From: Octopus sinensis
Lineage: Eukaryota
Direction: 5' to 3'
DNA: 64,000 nt
Assembly: GCF_006345805.1 (NCBI RefSeq)
Contig: NC_042998.1
Span: 177,506,001-177,570,000, forward strand
The notes beneath the pieces are model-generated. The model was not told where the DNA came from. It searched no databases and saw only the letters and a list, made by a program, of their open reading frames with translations. Positions 1 to 54,578 of the stretch are shown here, piece after piece; within the stretch, counting starts at the first letter, position 1, and each line of letters begins with the position of its first letter. A program made the position numbers and the translations under genes.

Positions 1-120
1 GGTATGCATGGGTGACGGCTGGTCTTCCATAAACAACTTTGCCTGGACTTGTGCCTCCGACAGGAATTTTCTATGTACAATCCCATGGTCATTCACGATT
101 GAAGGGTGTCTTTACCCTTT
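1..120 (+). mobile_element. 3' part of a tRNA-derived SINE (same family as 23010-23700), ending in a TTTACCCTTT tail
   Basis: Reverse complement of the 23030-23110 and 23410-23490 segments. Confidence 0.75.
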
Positions 121-631
121 TATTCCTTAAAGGGTCTAAGTGGCCGTGAATGGGAAATATTGGCTTGAAGATTATAGAGTGACTTGTTATACTGCAGATA
201 CTACTCACCCCACTGCCTGTCATGGGTTTATCTTGATACAAGTTTAGAATTAATTTTTCTGACTGGCATTAAACATGTACAAAGTTCATAGGGAAGCAAT
301 ATGAATGAAGGGAAAATCAAAGAATTTCAAAATAACCACTCTCCACATTGAAATAATTATTATATTGACAAGACATGAGTCAATGACAGAAATATTGAAT
401 TAGTAGCTTCTTAGATTTGACAGCTTAATGGATCCAATTTTAAGATGAAATTTATATGGGGGTGGTACTGGGTTAGACAAAGATTTTCTGTAGATCTGAA
501 TTTGTCACTGGACAGCAATATATATGAGAAGTGATATATTTGAAGGAAGTGGGAGAAAAAAATCCCTAAGAATGTATTTTTAATACATTATTAATATATA
601 TATTGATATATTGATATATTTTGCCTGCAGC

Positions 632-843
632 AAGCTGGCAGAGCTATTAGCATATCAGAGACAAAATACTTAGTGGCATTTCTTCCAGTTCTTTACGTTT
701 TGAGTTCAAATCCCACTGGGGTTGGCTTTGCCTTTCATCCTTTGAGAATTGATAAAATAAGTACCAGTTGAACACTGGGGTTGATGTAATCTACTAATCC
801 CTCTCGCTAAAACTGCTGGTCCTTTGCCAAAATTTGAAACAAA
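632..843 (+). mobile_element. tRNA-derived SINE, family B (central GCCTTTCATCCTTT..GATAAAATAAGTACCAG domain)
   Basis: B-box-like GAGTTCAAATCC; related copies at 14870-15075(-), 15103-15316(+), ~25890-26070(-), ~27195-27400(+), ~32140-32355(+), ~48860-48990(-). Confidence 0.8.
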
Positions 844-1694
844 TTATTACTATTTCATCACGATCGTCGTCAACATCATCCTTATTGGTTTAATGTCCAC
901 TTTTCCATGCTTACATAGATCAGATGGAATTTTATTGAGGTGGTGTAGCGGAAGGGATGTACACGGTCACTATGTGTGAGATGTTTTCGTTTTGACTCGT
1001 CTAGGCTTAAATACTCAGATATCGGCTCCATGAGCCCTTTTAATTCCAACAGATCACATGACAGTTTCCACAACAGTTCATTTTTCCTTACGTGGGAAAT
1101 TAATCACCAACTCTAGGAGCCTAATGATCTCAATAAGAATGACAATTTTCAACTGCTCTTCATCTTTGGCACATGCCACTGACCACACACAACTCTTCTC
1201 CGGCAATGATGTATCTGACACCAGCCAATCTCTGCTTTCATCTCTACCAGATACTTGCCTACATCATTGTTGTATGAACATCACACGACCAACAGACCAA
1301 CGGCTGCCTCTACACACCACCAAACAGTACGTCAACTATGTCTACAAGATCTACAGTCCAGCCTAACCACAAAGTCTCTCACACATCCTTGTTGTAACCT
1401 ATTATGCTATTTTATTTCACATATGGCAATCATCGTATTTTATAACAGAGAATAAATCATTGCTTACCTGTTCATTTCATTTCAAGTTAGCTATCATTTT
1501 CACATTTCCCTCATTAACCATCTTCATTATAGTGGGTTTTCTAAGACCACATGCCCTTCCTGCCACTAGTCCTCACCTGTTTCCAGGCAAGGAAATATTT
1601 CCCCATAACCTGATGTCATATGATGTCAAGTCAAGTAGACACAAATATATGCAAAGACACCTACACACAACAAGCTACTTTCAGTTTCTGTCTA

Positions 1695-1830
1695 CCATAT
1701 CTGTTCACAAGGCTTTGGTCAGCTTGGTGGGGTTATAGTAGAAAACACCTGCCCAAGGTGCCACACAGTGGGACTGAACACGAAACCATGTGGTTGGAAA
1801 GCAAACTTCTTACCACACAGCCATGCCTGT
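1695..1830 (-). mobile_element. tRNA-derived SINE head, family A
   Basis: Reverse strand GGCATGGCTGTGTGGTAAGAAG...GTTCAGTCCCACTG..GGCACCTTGGGCA; other heads at ~10845-11002(-), ~12890-12985(+), ~19395-19560(+), ~36185-36320(+), ~38530-38625(-), ~49135-49235(+). Confidence 0.8.
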
Positions 1831-1963
1831 ACCTATTTCTTTTGTATAAAATCTTAAAAGTTTCCTGATTTTTAAAGAGTTTTCTTCACAAATAAAGATA
1901 TTATTTTCATCATGATCATTATTTCAACTATTTTAATTAAACATTGATTGCAAATCCTTCCAG

Positions 1964-44459
<42,496 letters not shown>

Positions 44460-44499
44460 GACAGTAAATGACCTGAAGTTGAAAATTCAGCTCCTACAA

Positions 44500-44505
44500 A
44501 ATAAA
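44500..44505 (+). terminator. AATAAA poly(A) signal (long, unspliced form)
   Basis: Starts 41 nt after the TAA stop; further AATAAA at 44561-44566 and 44850-44855. Confidence 0.5.
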
Positions 44506-44538
44506 AATTGATAAATAATTAATGTCTATCTTTGAAAG

Positions 44539-44565
44539 TTCCATGTTTTGTTGCAGAATGAATAA
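44539..44565 (+). promoter_or_regulatory. Candidate alternative 3' splice site TTTTGTTGCAG|AAT GAA TAA (exon start 44557)
   Basis: T-rich tract + CAG; in frame with donor 43604, giving ...DE-NE-stop; an upstream AAG (44538) is in the same frame. Confidence 0.4.
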
Positions 44566-46334
44566 ATTCTACCATTTTCTTAATAACCAGATTTCTTGAT
44601 TTTGCCCTGTTCAATGTCTTATATTCAAGACAACAGACAGCTCTAGGTATTATCTTTTCACTTTCTGAACTCTTTTATATTTTTTTATAACCTAAGTGAC
44701 TTAGACAGGTGCTAGATACTCTGAGTCTCACAACAGTTTAGTCACCTTGGAAAAAGTTTCTTTAACTATGTTCTGATCAACTCAGCCATGAAAGAAATGT
44801 TTTAATTGATATTAATAGGAACTGTAAAGCCATGAAGTAGTGGTGGCCCAATAAAATGTGTGCAGTAAGTGGTTAGTAATAGTCTAAAACCTTGTCTAAA
44901 AAGGGGGAAAGAATATATGACGGAGACTTCAACTCTGTAAGCTGCTCCATAGGCAACCTGTTGTGGAGTGCAGTAACTCTAAAAAAGGACAGATGGAACT
45001 CTTTAGTCTACTTTAGTGCTGTAAAGGGGTTAGTGATGGGCATATTGTTCAACTATAAAAGAAATATTAAAAATTTCCCTAAAAATATGACCTAAGCATT
45101 GAAGTTGACCATTTTTCTTTACTCTGCAGTATATGTGTGTGTGCTAGATAAAGGACTGCCGTAAATGGCAAGATGATGAGTGACCTTTTGTTTTCTTTTT
45201 TCTATGTCAAAGACTATATTGTCTGTGATTTTTCTCCATGTAAGACAGCAACCATAGCCATTACCATGCTTTTGTTAATAGTTTTAGATGCCTCTGAAAT
45301 TGTGTGCCAACATAGACACCCTCTCAGCACTCCCACCAATGACCCAGTGGAATATTGAGGATATAACAGATAGAGGGAGAGAGGGCTGCAGCAGCATATG
45401 GCTGGTATTCATTCACTGCTGAGTAGACAAGAGTAATGTGAAGTAATATGCATTTCATATGGATGCAAGAGACTGCTTGGTTCAGTAATGGAACTCATGG
45501 CCTTATGACTGTGAGTCCAACACTTTAACCATTTATGCTACATGGTCATATGTAAAAGACTAAGGTATGATTTAAAGGACATTTGGTTGGTATGGAAAAA
45601 CAAATGTAAAATGAAGATGATGGGGTGAAAGAAGAGGATAAACAGCTTAGTAATTGTTTAAGTATCTTGTCTCTGTTGGTTACTGTTTTCGGAACCCAAT
45701 ACAGATTTAGATTTTAAGCACCTCAATACTTAAGAAAATAGAAATATGGTTCTTATATAAAACAAATAACTGAGAAAATACTTACCCCACAGGGGAGGTA
45801 TACTTACAGCCCTTGTGCTGGGATGTTCCAAGAGATCTAGCTTGAACTATCGTGATATCTGGCTGCTGATTGGTCTATAACTTGGCTGCTCACATGGACA
45901 TGGTGTTGTTATGCTGTGATTTTAACTTCTTAATCACATGACTTGATTTTCAGTCTTGCTACATATATATGTACATGTGTGTGTGCGTGTGCATGTATGT
46001 GTGTGTGTGTGTGCATGTATTTATGTGTGGGTACATTAGCACCCATCCAACCCATTAACCATCCATGAGCTCATTGCTTAAATAGCCACTAAATATAGCA
46101 ATGTAACGTTATTGGATATACCAATTTTACATACTAAACACATTCCTGACAGCTGGTACATAAATATTAATGACTTGTATGGATGGGTACTGATGAAGCA
46201 AAATCTCCTGAAATATGGCATATTTTTCATCTTTGATCTTATTGTTGTTTACATTAGGCATACTTGGATATGAAAAGTTATAGCAAAATTAATGCTGGCT
46301 ACAATTTCTATAGAAGAATCTGTAGAGATAACCT

Positions 46335-46672
46335 CCATCTGATGCGCTACATCATAGGCAGGGTCAATCAAAAGCTTTCAATAGGGTAGACCATCACTAC
46401 TTGGAGGCTATCCTTAAAGCGGCTGGTTTTGGTCCCATCTTCCGCAGTTGGATCACTGCCTTATACAGCAGCATCCGCTCGGTAGTTCGCGTAAATGGTC
46501 ATCTATCCAGACCTGTTAACATCATGCATTTGGTTCATCAAGGATGCCCCCTCTTGTCGCTTCTGTATGTATTGACTCTTGAGCCACTACTGCGGAAGCT
46601 GGCGATGCTGAGGGGCATCCCACAAAAGCTGGGATGTGGGAGGAGTGTGTCTGCATATGCGGACGATGTCAC
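46335..46672 (+). mobile_element. L1/Tx1-clade RT fragment
   Basis: KAFNRVDHHYLEAILKAAGFGP.F..WI..LY...QGCPL..LYVL.LEPLL...SAYADDVTV. Confidence 0.88.
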
Positions 46673-46879
46673 TGTATACTTTATAGTATATTATGGTTGC
46701 ATAACAAAGTACAGTGTCCCTACAGGTCATTAATAGTTACTTAAATGTAAGATAAGGCATTGTGAATTCTTCCAGTTTCCGAGTCTCTCTGAATTAGAGA
46801 AGGAAAAGCACATACCAGATGACATTCACACATATTGTTCACACTTGGTTGAGATGCACAGAGACGTGTCTGACAGATT

Positions 46880-48058
46880 TCAGGATATTCATTTTTGTTT
46901 AAAATACCAGTCTGGGTGATACTGAGATATTAGTAATGAGGAAACAAGAGTAGTGGAGGAAGAACTGGTTTCAAAATGACAATGAACTGAGGCCAAAGTT
47001 CAAAAAATCATATCAGGGATTTGGATTGCAAAAAGACATTTTTGACTGCTATCCTGCACTGTGGAATAAAGTCAAGATGTACTTTATTGCTTTCTCAACA
47101 TCTTATTTGGTAGAGAAGGGCTTCAAAGCAGTTGCCCATCCTCTTTCTAAATAAATCATTGAATGTGGGGATGTGAAACTACTTCTCAGTAACTTTCAGC
47201 CTGGTGTTGAGATGCTGATTAATGCTACATAAAGTATTGGGTTGTCTGGAAAGTGTGTGCTGATTTATAGTAGCTTACCTTAAATCCTATTTTATGGAAC
47301 ATGGTTGAGTCCATAAAATAGGATTTGACTACACCTCCATTTAGAGCACAGTTTAAGCTATCTTTTCATGGAAGAAGGTTTATGTTCCTATAACCTCTGT
47401 TAATTCTGTAACCCTTTAGAATGGAAGATAAGAAAGTTAATTTTCGGCACTTGATGCTTTGGGAACCAGACAAAAATTGTTGCAGCTTGGCTGGGATGTG
47501 TTACCCCACCCTCCATATTCACCAGATATTGCTCCTTCGGATTTCCACTTATTCAGGTCTCTGCAGAATAGTCTTAATGGTAAAAATTTCAATTCCTTGG
47601 ATGACGTAAAAAGATACCTTGATGAATTCTTTGCCATGAAACCACCTCAATTCTGGGAGGTGGGGTATTTTCAAGTTAAAGGAAAGATGGAGATGCATTG
47701 TGCAACCAAATGGTTCATATTTGGTTGATTAAAAATATAATGGCAAGTATTTATTGACCTTTTTCTTTCCTTTAAAAATACGCACAAACTTTCTGGACAA
47801 ACCAATATATCCATTGCATTATAAATATGAAAACAATGTTATTACAGGTGAGATGTAAATTTGCTCTTTCATATTGTAAAAACAGCAAACTAATGAGTTA
47901 ACTAGCTTAAGTTTTATTTGTGAAATAGAGTTGTTTTGAATTTGCAGTAGAAAGAGATCCACGTTTGTGGTGGAGTGATGTGTGTATGTAAGTGGGGCAC
48001 TAGGAATGTGACCCGAGAGTCGAGGGGGCAGCAGTCTGAAAAAGTTTAGGAACTACTG
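46880..48058 (+). mobile_element. hAT (Buster/Charlie-like) 3' remnant, split by a mariner insertion
   Basis: IAFSTSYLVEKGF.AV and GDVKLLL..FQP dimerisation-domain remnants; terminus AAAAAGTTTAGGAACTACTG. Confidence 0.65.
47237..47805 (+). mobile_element. Internally deleted mariner, 569 bp
   Basis: TA|TTGGGTTGTCTGGAAAGTGTGTGC ... GCACAAACTTTCTGGACAAACCAA|TA; LGWDVLPHPPYSPDIAPSDFHLFRSLQN. Confidence 0.92.
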
Positions 48059-48295
48059 GTTTAGAATATGTAACTATTTTCATAATAGGTAGAAAATACC
48101 AGTATGTGTTCAAATCCTTGTAATTTCAAAATTGCATGAGACAAACTTCAGGATGCCTAATGATGGAAAAGCAGTTTTCATCAGTTATGGAAGTGAAAAT
48201 GGTAAAGTAGAATAGACACACTATTCTAGGAAGTTAACTGAAAGAATGTTTTTTTTTTGTCACTGATTTTGTACTTCATTCAAAATACTTAACTA

Positions 48296-48510
48296 TTAAC
48301 CCTTTAGCATTCAAATTATTCTGTCAAATGTAATGCTTATTTATTCACATTGTTTTGAATTTATCATGTTATCTTATAACCTTGAGATTTCGATTATGTG
48401 ACTGGATATTTTTTAGACTATCAATGTAGGGTAGGTGTAAGAGGCAGGATCTGGCCAGTTTGAACATAAAACGGGTAGAATATTTGGGCTGGATATGGCC
48501 GGTTTAAATC
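48296..48510 (+). mobile_element. piggyBac-like MITE, truncated
   Basis: TTAA|CCCTTTAGCATTC start; right end not found. Confidence 0.45.
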
Positions 48511-49289
48511 ACTTCACTGTGAGCTGAGTGATGAAGTTTATTTCTGTTTACAATACAACCCAGGTAGTTTGTGGGTATGTAGTGTTGAAGTCAATGTTTC
48601 ATGAGGTATAGCCAAGGAAGATACTGGGTTTCTACTTATATAACCAATAATGCCCCAAGAAGACTCTACATGGTTGCTCTGTCTACAAGCAATAGAAACT
48701 AGAGATCCCTTAAAGAAGCTGCTATTGTCTTACCACACTAACAAATATAGTCCCTGATATATAAAAAATAAGAGGCAGGATGCTCTCAGCAGTTAATAGA
48801 TCCAATAGGGGTCTAATTGATTAGGGCTGATTTGAGGCTAAAAAGTACCAGCACCATCCAATTTTAGACACAAGGCCAGCAATTTTGAAGGATGAATGTT
48901 AGTTGACACCATCAACCCTTGTATTTGACTGGCACTTTATTTTATCCACCCCAGAGAGAGGAAAACAAATATGACCTCAGCAAGTAGAGTCTATTTGAGA
49001 ATAATGTCAAAGAGTTGATCATTTGCATTGGATAGAAGGAAAAAAACTAATTACAAATTTAGTAGGTGGTTCTGACTACTTTTTGATTTTAAACTGCTGA
49101 CTCTAATCAGTTATGTCATTTTCCTTAATAATAGGTACAGGTGTGACGGTGTGGTAAGAAGCTTGCTCCCCAAGGTGCCATACAGTGGCTTCAGTCCCAC
49201 TGTATGGCACCTTGGGCAAGTGTCTACTACAGCCTGAATGGAATTGTAATGGAAGAAAAATGTATTAGTAAATTTCAGTGTAATTTTTT

Positions 49290-51200
49290 TGTAGTAGTGC
49301 AGCTCATCAGCGGAGACTGTAGGAGAAATCTAATTGCTTTGTGCTTGGTTCATAACACAAACAGATCAAGCATGCACTGTACTGCTACCAAATTCTTGGT
49401 AAGATCAGGGACCTGATCCTGGGATTACTTCAGTAATTTCAAGCTGAGAGTCACTTCTGGGTTAGAGAACATCAGACTGGTATAGGTTGTGTGGTGGAGG
49501 AAAAATAGCATTATTCTTTTGGCTCTTGTCAGACCAAGGTGGAATGTAGAAAACCCTTTATCTAGTTTTGGTCTCTGACAACCCCTGTAAAGAGCATTCA
49601 TGGATGATCTTGCCATGGCAACAACATTGATCCCAGGAAGTAGCTGGATCCTACCAAGACTTTAAGAAAGGATGAGTTTCAAGCCTACCATGTCAAGATC
49701 CATGGTGCTAATGAAGATAGTTGACAAATTCTGTTTCTAGGTATCTGGAACTACTATACCTTCCATTACAGAGTAACTAGTCAAGAAAATAGGAAAGTTT
49801 TTTAACTCAATTTAAGAAAGCCTTTGATGTCTGGTTTGTCAAGGAGGACAAGTTATGTCTATTTGTAGACCTAGATTTAGAATATTTTATCCTGCTGGTT
49901 TTAATATTTTATGACCTCTGCTGGTTTACATGGTTTTAAAGACAACAGTTGAGTTCCTTGAAAGGATGATCAGACTTACTCTGTAGTGGTTGGACTCCTT
50001 TGCAGTTTCAGCAATGCACTATGGTACAGGATCATTAACATCATGTTGCTCCAATTCAGTGGACTTACTGAAGGGTTTATGATGGAACTAGCAAGTCCTA
50101 GAATATAGGGACTCCAAAGGAAAAATCGAGAAAGCAATGAGGGTAGTAGAATCACACCTAAAGCAAAAAATGTTGGTGAGCATCATGGTAAAGGGCAGGG
50201 CAGACTTGGGACACTTTCCAAAGACCCAGAGCAAGGAGAAACACTATGTTATCTAGGAAGAGACCCTAGCAAGCATGGAAGAAGAGCAAGGGAGCAGGAT
50301 GCATGGGCAAGGTGGGAGAGTATACAACAGTACAAAATTACCAGGTCAAACAATGCAAGTAGACTTCCACTGTCTGGGTCTTTCCCAAGGTTGTTTACAA
50401 ATACCAGCAAATCCTTATATTTAGAGTACAATGACATCTTACTACCCGGTCTGCTCTAAAAGTAGATTTTTAGGGCATCTCAGTAGTTTCCCAAAAGCAC
50501 CTGAAGAAGTCCACTATTGTTGGCACCAAACCAAGTTCTCAAGATGGTTGCTGAGATTATAGCCAGAGCTTCCAGCACAAGCAAACACCACCACATCTCA
50601 AAGAAGTCATTGAATTACCTTTGTCATAGCTAGAAAGAGACTCTGTCCAGAAAAAAAACCCCAAAAGACATTCACATACACACACACACACCAATAAGGT
50701 CAGATTTCCTCCACATGATCTCTGACTGACAACTGAATTTAGATCTTGGTAGGCAGCTGAAGTTTCCACAATACATTGTGCCAACATTTCTCATCATCTC
50801 TGAAGCAACAAAACGACTGTACCAAGACACACAATTATCAGGCAAGACTGTACTGTGGAAAAACAGGAGCACTGCCAGAACACAGACTGGAAGGTGCACA
50901 GAAGTGGGCTGTAGAGGGTTTGCAAAGACAGTCACCAACTAAATCCTCAGCCAAATGGGTTTTACAAGGTTGGCAAAAGAAAAAAGAAAAAAAAACCCAT
51001 TCAATCTATGAGTGAAGCCACAAATAAAGCTACTAGGTGGCTTTTGATTCGGAGGCCTGATCCATGGGAGGTTGTGGTTGCTGCTGGGATGCAATTAAGT
51101 ACCTGATCAACTCTAGCTTGGGTTGCTTGGCTGAGGACATATGGTATTGACAGACCTGAAACCTTCAAAGCACCCCAAGTTACATCTCTGATGAATAATC
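49290..51200 (+). mobile_element. Degenerate RLE-type non-LTR retrotransposon (HERO-clade-like)
   Basis: Interrupted remnants in the expected order: KIRDLIL/DYFSNFKLRVTSG, RAFMDDL (49591-49611), RMSFKP..SRSMVL, IPSITE..VK.IGK, GRADLG, QDAWARWE, PVCSK..HLSS.PKA, NQVLK..AE, QLNLDLGRQLKFP, EVGCRGFA, EA..KA.RWL. Confidence 0.8.
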
Positions 51201-53403
51201 ACAGCTCATTCAGCTGTAGGTCTAATTGTTCACTTTACCATATACATGTCAGTTAATTCAATCCATGAGCTTGCTTTAGAATATTGTACATAAGAATTCC
51301 GAGATGTAAACGCAATATGTTACAACATCCCTAGTTAGAAGTGGTCCTAAACCAAAATATTTCAGTGCACATCTATCAGTTGAACATTATAGCTTTTTTT
51401 TTCTCCATATTGGTATTTTGCATTCCTTGCTATCTACCTTCTTTCTAAGCTTGTCACTTACCATTTATATTCTCTTCTACTGTACTATTTTATCATGAAG
51501 CTCAACATCCAATTTTTAGGTGAAACTTGCACTTTTCTTTTTGTCTGAACCATTTTGCTTCTGAAGTTTTGACATCCTTAACCTAAAATCACTAACTTTT
51601 AATTTATGCAGGAGTATAGCTCTTACAAGGTTCACAATCATCAGATTGTCTTTTTCTTGGTTAACATACAAATTCAATCTGGTTCTTGTGCTTACCTGAA
51701 TGGCATCTGACCACTTGGTGAGTGACTTTTCAAAATTTAGTAATTTGTATTACAGACTGTCAGGAAACTTGATACCGTTTCATTTCTTCATAACAAAAAT
51801 CTTCATTGTACCAGTTCTGATACTTCTCAACATAGCTTAGGAAACTATTGCAGCAACCTCTTGTTTTACCATGTCTAATAATAGTCAAACTAAAATTAAG
51901 AATCTGAAAAAAGAAAAGTCCTGACTTTTGACAGACAGTTATTAAAACATGTATAGTCAAGGATTGTTAAACTCTGACAATACATGAACTGTGTGCACAG
52001 TATTGACATGACACATACCAGCCTTAGGGTTGTTGCTTTCATTCAAAAAAGAGCTGAATAGGAAAAGTGTTAGCCTATAAAAAGAAACAACAATTTGGCA
52101 TATACCTTGAACCCAAATGATATAAACACATAGGCTAGAAGCTTGTCGTTGTGTCGGATTCAAGTTAATTATATTGGCTTGCTATCCATGTGGTGAATAT
52201 TCATGCCACAACATATCCTCATATTTATGCAAACAAGGGAGATTGGTATCAAACCCAAGTGCTAGAGCATGCAAGTACTATTTATGCATATTTGTCCTCA
52301 TTACAAGTAGAACGGCAGTACTTCAATGGCTGATAGGTTAAATTTTCAGAAAGTAGTACTACCTGTCATGTTATAGTTGGTTGCAACAACCAACTCCCAG
52401 TTTGTTTATCCGGGCATGTCCGCTAATGTCCTTTCCACCTGGATTTGTAAGAAGAATCTCATTGAAACTTTTGCAAATACTTTGCACTTTCAGAGTGAAG
52501 AACTGTTGTTCTACCCAGCTGTCAACAAGGTAGCTAGCTCATGCTGACATTACTGATGTATTGGCTTAGTATTGAGACTAACTTTGGCTTAACCAGAGTA
52601 TAACACATTTCACTCACAAATGAACTAGTACTGAGATAAATTTAATTTCACACCATAAACCAATGATATCAGTTCTCTTAACACATATAAACTGAGCTAG
52701 TTTCATGACTGAGAGAAATTTAACAGCCATGTTTTTTTATAGCATCAACTGTTGGCAGCTCACCTGATATATGTAGTTGCAAGGCTCTAAATCAGCTCTG
52801 GTCAAGCTGACCTATTCTAAGTTGGCAGTCAGCCAAATGATCAACATAAGTGTTATTCCAGAAATACTATGCTGGACCAGATATATCTATAGTGACATGA
52901 CACTAGAAAAGTTTCTTGTAAGGTGCAGGGTCCTCACATCATAATCAGTTTTAATTCAAAATAGCTGCTCTTCTAAACAATTTGACATTTTATATACAAC
53001 TAAACATCATAGTTATATAACAGTATATTAGTAGCACTCTTTGACCCTTACTGCATGGAAACCAAGTATACTTGGTCCTGTGCATGTACACTTGAGACAC
53101 AGAAACCAAGTTAACTTGCTTTTTGATAGTGGGGTACTTTCTAGAATTCTCCACATTTCATATGATATAGTATGCACATTTTTGTTTTACTGGTGGTAAG
53201 AACTGATTTGCATATGATTAGTGACATTAGTATGTAAAAATTTAGTCAGTGCAGTTAGGGTTAAAGACAGTCATATTGCCTTCATGACTTGTATTACCCA
53301 CTTTAAAATAATTAGTTTTCAAACTAAACAAAGTTCCTTTCCAAACATTAGAAATCTTTTCTTTACTGTAGTTCCTTACATCTTGTTAACTTTCAGTCCC
53401 TAC

Positions 53404-53447
<44 letters not shown>

Positions 53448-53573
53448 CAGAAAAAGAAAAGGCATAAACATTGTATAAACTTACTCTATAACTCAGGAGA
53501 GAAATATCAAGTTTAGTTTCCTCTTTCATTTTGAAAATGATAACAGTTGACATTTTTAAGAGTTGCTATATAT

Positions 53574-53897
53574 AACACCCACAAAGTTATCAACCACCTC
53601 ACCAACAACAACACTGAACACCTTTTTGATCTTCATGTGTCTAACACACGTGGACATGCCTACCAAGTCAGAAAACAACACAGCTCCCATGACTTTCGGA
53701 AACATTTTTTCACGCTCAGAGTTGCTGAAGCATGGAACAAACTGCCTGCGTCAGTTGTTGACTGCCATGACACTGCATCCTTTAAGACCCTCATGCTTTC
53801 CGAAATCTGCCGAAACTACACCTGATTATACATACACTTTAGATGAGTTGTAGTGCACCTGAGCACTGTACACAATGTTTTTATTATTATTATTATA
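53574..53897 (+). mobile_element. CR1-clade LINE 3' fragment
   Basis: THKVINHLTNNNTEHLF...TRGHAY...AWNKLPASVV + (ATT)n; same family as 19605-20211. Confidence 0.92.
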
Positions 53898-54516
53898 TGT
53901 AGTTATAGATATGATTTTGAGATAATCTAACAGGATCAAGATTTGAGAAATCTCTAAAGTAAACAGATATAGCTAATACATAGAGACAAACAAATGCACA
54001 ATGAAATAGCCATATTAAGGTCTCTTTAGCTTTCATCCCACTGAAATATTTGAAGCAGTTGACAACAATAAAATAGGATTAATTTCATAATTTTATTGGA
54101 CATCAGATGTAATAAAATAAGTCCAGCAAATTTCATAGTACACATGACAAAATTGCTAAAATATGTCCAAAATAAGAGAACTTAACAGTTGTTTTTTTTA
54201 AAAAAAAAACAAACGAGAAACAAAAATAGAAAAAAAACAAAAAAAAAAACAATGACTGTGGTGATTGACAGTCTGGTAAAAAGGAGCTAATAGTTTAACT
54301 TAATGTTGATGTTTGTAGCCCACCCTGGAATATAAAGATTAAGAAAATGGCAGGGGGAGGAGAGAAAAAAATGATAATAAATAAATAAAATATCCACAAA
54401 GCATAAAGCTGTAACTAAAGACATGTTGAGAACCATGTTGTCATTGATTCTGCTGTTAATTTGGTACTGAAAACAATTGGCATGATGGGGGGGCGGGAAG
54501 GAATAGTGAGGGAATG

Positions 54517-54578
<62 letters not shown>

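Noticed and set aside
1-1963. Search for the upstream NME8 exon(s) and promoter
   Set aside because: No phase-1-ending exon with the expected N-terminal sequence was found; probably upstream of the window
52160-52600. Coding-looking stretch (IHVVNIHATTYPHIY...HVIVGCNN)
   Set aside because: Multiple stops and no motif I can assign; at most a very old transposon relic
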